A stretch of DNA of 64,000 bases from Ruminococcus sp. (lineage in GTDB: Bacteria; Bacillota; Clostridia; Oscillospirales; Ruminococcaceae), in the NCBI GenBank assembly GCA_017626015.1, contig JAGAJO010000004.1, positions 46,713 to 110,712 on the forward strand. The letters are read 5' to 3'. This document shows, piece after piece, positions 58,991 through 64,000 of this stretch. Position numbers and translations under genes: made by a program. Under the pieces are notes generated by a model. The model was not told the origin of the DNA, did not search any database, and was given only the letters and a program-made list of their open reading frames with translations. Each line of letters starts with the position of its first letter. Positions within the stretch are counted from its first letter, which is position 1.

Positions 58991-60883
58991 ATGCAGACAA
59001 AGGAATTCAAGGCTGAATCAAAAAGACTTCTGGATATGATGATCAATTCGATCTATACCCACAAGGAGATTTTTTTAAGAGAGATCATTTCCAACGCAAG
59101 TGACGCTATCGACAAGCTTTACTTCAGATCCCTGACGGACACCTCGGTGGGAATGAAAAAGGACGATTTCGCTATAAACATTTCCGCTGACAAGGAAAAC
59201 GGTATCCTCACTGTATCGGATAACGGTATCGGCATGACTGAGGAGGAGCTTGAAAACAATCTCGGTACTATCGCAAAGTCCGGATCCCTTGCTTTTAAAA
59301 AGGAAAACGAGCTTGGGGACGATGTGGACATTATCGGACAGTTCGGCGTAGGCTTCTACTCAACATTCATGGTAGCCAAGGAGGTCGATGTGCTTACCAA
59401 GGCATACGGCTCCGACAAGGCATATCTCTGGAAATCAAACGGCGTGGACGGATACACCATAGAGGAAAGCGAAAAGCCCGACGGCGTGGGAACTACCATA
59501 ACGATCCACCTTAAGGACGATACCGAGGACGAAAAGTATTCAACATATACAGACCAGTATCAGCTCCAGTCTCTGGTAAAGAAATACTCGGATTACATCA
59601 GATTCCCGATAAAAATGGAGGTCGAGCATACTCATTATAAAGAGGAGGGCAAGGAGCCGGAGATCACAAAGGAGATCGAGACCCTCAACAGCATGACACC
59701 CATCTGGAAGAAGAATAAAAACGAGCTTACGGACGAGGACTACAACAACTTCTATGTAGAGAAGTTTATGGACTACGAACCGCCCGTTGCGCATATCCAC
59801 TCCAAAAACGAGGGTGTTGCTACCTATGACGCACTGCTGTATATCCCCGCAAGAGCGCCCTTTGACTATTATTCAAAGGATTACGAAAAGGGACTTCAGC
59901 TTTATTCCAGCGGAGTGCTTATTATGGAAAAATGCGCCGATCTGCTCCCCGACTGGTTCAGCTTTGTCAAGGGAGTGGTAGACTCGGAGGATCTGTCCCT
60001 CAACATATCCAGAGAGCTGCTCCAGCAGGACAGACAGCTTAAGATCATTGCAAGAAATCTTGAAAAATCCATAAAGAACGAGCTTACTAAGATGCTCAGC
60101 AACGACAGGGAGCGCTATGAAAAATTTTACAGCGTATTTGGTCTCCAGTTCAAGTTCGGCATTTACCAGTCATACGGCGCCGCAAGCGATACCCTTAAGG
60201 ATCTTATCATGTTCAGATCTTCCTTCGAGGGCAAAAACGTTACTTTGAAGGAATACGTCTCCCGCATGAAGGAGGGTCAGGACAAGATCTACTATGCCTG
60301 CGGTGAAACCGTTGAAAGGATCGAAATGCTGCCGCAGCTTGAAAAGCTCAAAGACAAGGGCTACGAGGTACTTTACTTCACTCAGGACGTGGATGAATTT
60401 GCCATCAAGGTAATGCTCAATTACGACGGAAAGAACTTCAAGTCAATAAGCGACGGAGATCTCGACCTTGATACCGAGGAGGAAAAGGAGGAGGCAAAGA
60501 AGCTTGACGAGGAGAACAAGGATATGTTCGCCTTTATGCAGGAGGCTATTTCCGATAAGGTAAAGACAGTACGCCTTTCAAAGAAGCTTAAAAGCCACCC
60601 GGTTTGCCTGTCCTCAGAAAGCAACATAACCATAGAAATGGAAAAGGTACTCAATTCCATGCCTCAGAACGACGGACAGAACAGGGTAAAGGCTGAAAAA
60701 GCTCTGGAGATCAATCCCGGTCATCCCATTTTTGAAAAGCTCAGAACGCTCTACAGCGAGGATAAGGATACCCTTAAGGATTACGCCAAGCTGCTGTACG
60801 ATCAGGCTCTGCTTATCGAGGGTCTCAGCATAGACAATCCAGTTGAATTTGCAAATCTGGTATGCAAGCTTATGACAAAATAA
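58991..60883 (+). CDS. htpG: molecular chaperone HtpG (Hsp90)
   Basis: [25 protein letters not shown] motifs; about 630 aa. ATG 58991 is preferred (AAGGAAAGG upstream). Confidence 0.95.
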   Translation: MQTKEFKAESKRLLDMMINSIYTHKEIFLREIISNASDAIDKLYFRSLTDTSVGMKKDDFAINISADKENGILTVSDNGIGMTEEELENNLGTIAKSGSLAFKKENELGDDVDIIGQFGVGFYSTFMVAKEVDVLTKAYGSDKAYLWKSNGVDGYTIEESEKPDGVGTTITIHLKDDTEDEKYSTYTDQYQLQSLVKKYSDYIRFPIKMEVEHTHYKEEGKEPEITKEIETLNSMTPIWKKNKNELTDEDYNNFYVEKFMDYEPPVAHIHSKNEGVATYDALLYIPARAPFDYYSKDYEKGLQLYSSGVLIMEKCADLLPDWFSFVKGVVDSEDLSLNISRELLQQDRQLKIIARNLEKSIKNELTKMLSNDRERYEKFYSVFGLQFKFGIYQSYGAASDTLKDLIMFRSSFEGKNVTLKEYVSRMKEGQDKIYYACGETVERIEMLPQLEKLKDKGYEVLYFTQDVDEFAIKVMLNYDGKNFKSISDGDLDLDTEEEKEEAKKLDEENKDMFAFMQEAISDKVKTVRLSKKLKSHPVCLSSESNITIEMEKVLNSMPQNDGQNRVKAEKALEINPGHPIFEKLRTLYSEDKDTLKDYAKLLYDQALLIEGLSIDNPVEFANLVCKLMTK

Positions 60884-60895
60884 ATTTACGCAAAA

Positions 60896-60916
60896 CGGAC
60901 GGATATTTTCCGTCCG
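60896..60916 (+). terminator. hairpin CGGACGGA-tattt-TCCGTCCG after htpG
   Basis: Perfect 8-bp stem 13 nt after the htpG stop, immediately abutting family-1 repeat copy B. No T-run follows because the repeat starts there. Confidence 0.45.
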
Positions 60917-60917
60917 T

Positions 60918-61160
60918 CAGCCTGTCGAAAAAGTCCCCACAGCGCAAGTAAGGGGCAGCCCTCTATCGCAGGGCATGCCCCCTCTTTTCAAACAGTCCAC
61001 CGGACTGTTTGAAAATTCACCCTATGCGGAGCTCCTGCGTATGGGGATTTCGCTCCTGCGGGAGCGACGAGGTGGCGCTGCCCCCTCGACCCCCGCAAGC
61101 GCTCTAGCGCCGCGCTTGAGCCTGCGCTTTAATTTCCCAATGGGGTTTCTCGACAACCTG
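60918..61160 (-). mobile_element. MITE-like structured repeat, family 1, copy B (243 bp, inverted relative to copy A)
   Basis: The reverse complement aligns end to end with 14943-15186. The differences seen: one small indel/substitution cluster, two SNPs, one 1-nt indel. Confidence 0.75.
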
Positions 61161-61315
61161 AACAGCTTCCCCATGAGCTGCTTATAAAAAATAAAGTTTC
61201 GGGAAACAACCAATTCAAATATACACCGTCATAAGCTGTGCGGAATAAACAATTCCGGCGGCTTTATTTTGTACAAACATATGATAAATATTTTATTTTA
61301 GACATATTTCAGTAA

Positions 61316-61339
61316 TTGTTGCACGTTTTTGTGCAACAA
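61316..61339. promoter_or_regulatory. perfect 9-bp inverted repeat TTGTTGCAC-gttttt-GTGCAACAA upstream of terS
   Basis: Read directly; about 75 nt upstream of the terminase small-subunit start. Confidence 0.4.
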
Positions 61340-61415
61340 AACAGGCAAAAACCGCTGTAGGTGAAAGGACGTTTCAATACGGACACGTTCTAATTCAGAC
61401 AGCGGAGGTATGAAA

Positions 61416-61946
61416 ATGAAAATAGGGATAACGCCGAAAAAATTTGCACAGATGTTTGTGCGCACACGCAACGGAAGCGAGGCTGCCGTAAGGCTGGGTG
61501 CGGAGCCGTCCGCCGCCAAGCTTATGGAGGCGGGAATGCTGGCGGACAGTCGGGTAAAGAAGGAGATACGCAGGCTTGACAGGGAGGACATGCAGACTCT
61601 CTGCTACGTCAAGACGGGGCTTTCACGCCTTGCGTTCGGTTCGGTGAACGACGCTGCGGCTCTTGTTTTCGATGAGCAGCCCTCCTATGAAAAGATCATG
61701 AGAGCCGATCTTTTCAACGTTTCGGAGATAAAGAGAGTGAAGGGCGGCGGTGTGGAGATGAAGTTCTTCGACCGTCAGAAGGCTCTGGAAAAGCTTGTGG
61801 AGCTTGATCCCGAGCTTAAGGAGATATCCTCGGCGGAAAGATTTATGAGAGATCTCATAAGCGGCATGGGCGGAGAAAGCGGCTCTGAGACGGCAGCGGC
61901 GGCGGGAGCCGTAGACACGGAGGGAGGAGAGTCGGGAAATGGATAG
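61416..61946 (+). CDS. phage terminase small subunit (P27/Terminase_2-like)
   Basis: ITPKKFAQMFVRTRNGSEAAVRLG... HTH, then FNVSEIKRVKGGGVEMKFFDRQKALEKLVEL is typical of TerS. ATG 61416 lies 7 nt after GGAGG (the track uses 61410). Confidence 0.8.
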   Translation: MKIGITPKKFAQMFVRTRNGSEAAVRLGAEPSAAKLMEAGMLADSRVKKEIRRLDREDMQTLCYVKTGLSRLAFGSVNDAAALVFDEQPSYEKIMRADLFNVSEIKRVKGGGVEMKFFDRQKALEKLVELDPELKEISSAERFMRDLISGMGGESGSETAAAAGAVDTEGGESGNG

Positions 61947-63243
61947 CTTTTATGTTCCGGGGACGGGATTTTCCCGCAAGCAACAGATCGTACTGCGGTG
62001 GTGGTACGACAGCATTTACAGCCGTTTTGACGGGATCATATGCGACGGGGCTGTACGTTCGGGCAAGACAACGGCGATGTACACAGCCTTCGGGCTTTGG
62101 GCGATGCTTTCCTTTAACGGCAAAAGCTTCGGTATCTGCGGAAAGACGATAGTATCGCTGCGGAGAAATCTTGTGGGAGATATGGTGAAGATGCTTAAGA
62201 GCATGGGGTGTCATGTTACGGAATGCATTTCAAAGAATTATTTTGACGCAGAGCTTTCGGGGAGAAGCAACAGATTTTATCTTTTCGGGGGGCGTGACGA
62301 AAGCTCCGCCTCGCTTATACAGGGAGTGACCCTTGCGGGGGTGCTTATGGACGAGACGGCGCTTATGCCCAGAAGCTTTGCGGAGCAGGCTGTGGCAAGG
62401 TGTTCGGTAAAGGGTTCGAGGCTGTGGTTCAACTGCAACCCCGACAATCCTTACCACTGGTTCAAGCGTGAGTGGATAGACAGGGCGGATGAAAAAAATC
62501 TGCTGTATATTCACTTTGACCTGAGCGATAATCCGTCGCTGTCGGAGGATATCCTTAAGCGGTACAGCCGTCTTTATTCGGGAGTTTTCTACGAGAGGTT
62601 CATTCTCGGACGGTGGGCGGCGGCGGAGGGGCTTGTTTACCCCATGTTTGACAGGGTAAGGCATACGTTCAGAGACGGCGATAAGCTGTTTGATCATAGA
62701 AAGTGCGAAAGATACATCGTGAGCTGCGACTACGGGACGGTAAATCCGTCAAGCTTCGGGCTTTGGGGAAAGCTTGGGGAAAGGTGGCTGAGACTTGACG
62801 AGTATTATTTCGACTCGGCGAGGGAGGGTGTAAGGCGCACCGACGAGGAGCATTACCAGGCTCTTTGCAGTCTTATAGGCGGCAGGGAAATAGAATATGT
62901 GGTCTGCGATCCGTCGGCGGCTTCCTTTATCCAGTGCATAAGGCGTCACGGGCAGTACCGTGTGAAGCCTGCGAAGAACGACGTGATCTCGGGGATCCGC
63001 AGGGTATCCGACTTCATTCGTGAGGGCAGGCTGATGATATGTGACAGGTGCAGGGATATCATAAGGGAGTTTTCACGCTACCGCTGGGACGAATGCTCGG
63101 GGAAGGACTGTCCTGTAAAGGAGTACGATCACGCTATGGACGATATGCGCTATTTTGTATCGTCTCTCGAGGATGAGGGCGGCGGCAGATTTATGGTCAT
63201 GTCTCTGGACAGAGATCATACGGAAAGGAGGGAAGAGAACTGA
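61939..63243 (+). CDS. phage terminase large subunit (PBSX family)
   Basis: Walker A-like DGAVRSGKT, VLMDE Walker B, C-terminal nuclease segment DHAMDDMRY. Overlaps terS by 8 nt. Confidence 0.9.
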   Translation: MDSFYVPGTGFSRKQQIVLRWWYDSIYSRFDGIICDGAVRSGKTTAMYTAFGLWAMLSFNGKSFGICGKTIVSLRRNLVGDMVKMLKSMGCHVTECISKNYFDAELSGRSNRFYLFGGRDESSASLIQGVTLAGVLMDETALMPRSFAEQAVARCSVKGSRLWFNCNPDNPYHWFKREWIDRADEKNLLYIHFDLSDNPSLSEDILKRYSRLYSGVFYERFILGRWAAAEGLVYPMFDRVRHTFRDGDKLFDHRKCERYIVSCDYGTVNPSSFGLWGKLGERWLRLDEYYFDSAREGVRRTDEEHYQALCSLIGGREIEYVVCDPSAASFIQCIRRHGQYRVKPAKNDVISGIRRVSDFIREGRLMICDRCRDIIREFSRYRWDECSGKDCPVKEYDHAMDDMRYFVSSLEDEGGGRFMVMSLDRDHTERREEN

Positions 63244-64000
63244 AGCTTTTCAAACGAAAGGAAGAACACAGCGGCGGACGTTCGGTCTACTGCTCGAGGG
63301 CGGTAGATCCGTCCTACAGGCTTGCAGGCACGGAGGGATATCTTGAAAGCGGTATTTACGACGGACTGAGAGCCTGCGTACCTATCATAGACGCCTGCTT
63401 CGGGAAGATAGTCAGGCTGACGGGAGATTTTACTGCAATAGCTGAGGACGAAAGGTATCAGCCGGAGCTTGACCGATTCTGCCGGGAGGTAACGGTGGGT
63501 ATCTCGGGGAGATCGTTATACACCTTTGCGGATATGTATCTTGACTCGCTGCTGACCTACGGCAGAGCCGTGGGACGGATAATAGCAGACAGCAGGACGC
63601 TTTCCATAAGAGGACTTGCGGTGGGCGACAGCTCCATGTACAGGATACGCCAGGGGAGAGATCCGCTGGAGAAAGAGGTCTATTTCAGCTCGGGCGGCAA
63701 GGAGGTAAGGGTCACACACCCGGAGGAGCTTTTGTACACTACGCTTAATCCGAGTCCGAAGCACCCTGACGGGGTATCCATACTCAGGGGGCTGCCTGCC
63801 ATAAGCTCCATACTTATGCGTATCTATCAGTGCATAGGTCAGAACTTCGACAGGGTCGGGAACGTGCGCTATGCCGTGACATACAAGCCTGCAGAGGACG
63901 GTTCGGACAGAATGTTCGCAAGGGAGAGGGCTATGGAGATAGCCGACGCATGGTCGGACGGTATGCAGAGCGCAAGGAACGGCGTGGTCAAGGATTTTGT
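63240..64000 (+). CDS. phage portal protein, N-terminal ~253 codons (runs off the right edge), apparent CTG start
   Basis: Own translation: the frame is open from 63177 to the window end ((L)KLFKRKEEHSGGRSVY...FADMYLDSLLTYGRAVG...ILRGLPAIS...). The only initiator-like codon behind the AAAGGAGGG RBS (63224-63232) is CTG 63240. Confidence 0.7.
   Translation, partial: MKLFKRKEEHSGGRSVYCSRAVDPSYRLAGTEGYLESGIYDGLRACVPIIDACFGKIVRLTGDFTAIAEDERYQPELDRFCREVTVGISGRSLYTFADMYLDSLLTYGRAVGRIIADSRTLSIRGLAVGDSSMYRIRQGRDPLEKEVYFSSGGKEVRVTHPEELLYTTLNPSPKHPDGVSILRGLPAISSILMRIYQCIGQNFDRVGNVRYAVTYKPAEDGSDRMFARERAMEIADAWSDGMQSARNGVVKDF

Noticed and set aside
60975-61213. 70-aa (plus) and 63-aa (minus) ORFs inside repeat copy B
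   Set aside because: They lie wholly within the hairpin-rich repeat. Products are Arg/Pro/Ala/Gly-rich (MPPLFKQSTGLFENSP..., ...GAAPPRRSRRSEIP...). The 1-2-nt indels between copies A and B would break any frame, so the element is treated as non-coding.
61298-61591. 97-aa minus-strand ORF overlapping the terS start
   Set aside because: It is antisense to the terminase small-subunit gene and its upstream region, with no motif or RBS.

Overview
This window reads as core chromosome of a spore-forming Firmicute of the class Clostridia. Supporting content: spoVAD/spoVAE, an ECF-transporter energizing module, phosphoketolase, and an xPxTG-anchored surface protein. G+C looks roughly balanced; an Oscillospiraceae/Ruminococcaceae-like origin is only a guess. 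Gene content, left to right: (1) 1-13057, all on the minus strand: ruvC-ruvA-ruvB, a seven-gene accessory cassette (flavodoxin-like, WGR, GNAT, ORFan, SAM-methyltransferase, ANT(6)-like nucleotidyltransferase, TfoX_C), a PfkB kinase, and ecfA1-[inserted membrane gene]-ecfA2-ecfT-truA. (2) murA, rubredoxin, HAD hydrolase, MBL hydrolase, rlmH. (3) A split glycolytic cluster, pgk / tpiA / gpmI, interleaved with small membrane and lipoprotein genes, two of them frame-disrupted. (4) degV, trmL, pdxK, a GGDEF cyclase, galE, an HTH/coiled-coil ORFan, prfC, phosphoketolase, prmA, a Cys/Met PLP enzyme, radC, a MIF-type tautomerase. (5) A stand-alone rpoB-rpoC operon. (6) comM/yifB, an alpha/beta hydrolase, phosphoglucomutase, a surface protein, queH, spoVAD-spoVAE, a CPBP protease, and CIRCE-controlled htpG. 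(7) From about 61.4 kb, a phage packaging/morphogenesis module (terS, terL, portal) that runs off the right edge. By eye I saw no rRNA, tRNA, CRISPR array, transposase or integrase; no search tool was run. I did not find a convincing new multi-gene system such as a defence island. The most unusual signals are non-coding. One is a 244-bp multi-hairpin MITE-like element, present twice in inverted orientation about 46 kb apart; one copy is flanked by an exact 23-bp duplication of a terminator hairpin. The other is a family of 65-95 bp intergenic repeats (four copies) that shares a 16-nt core with the first. Secondary candidates: the phage module starting abruptly beside htpG with a CTG-initiated portal gene; a membrane gene plus new promoter splitting ecfA1 from ecfA2; an AT-rich one-gene P-loop island; and a strongly promoted 435-aa double-HTH/disordered/coiled-coil protein. 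All coordinates, motifs and translations were read by hand. No database search or folding program was run, so family assignments rest on recognised motifs only.
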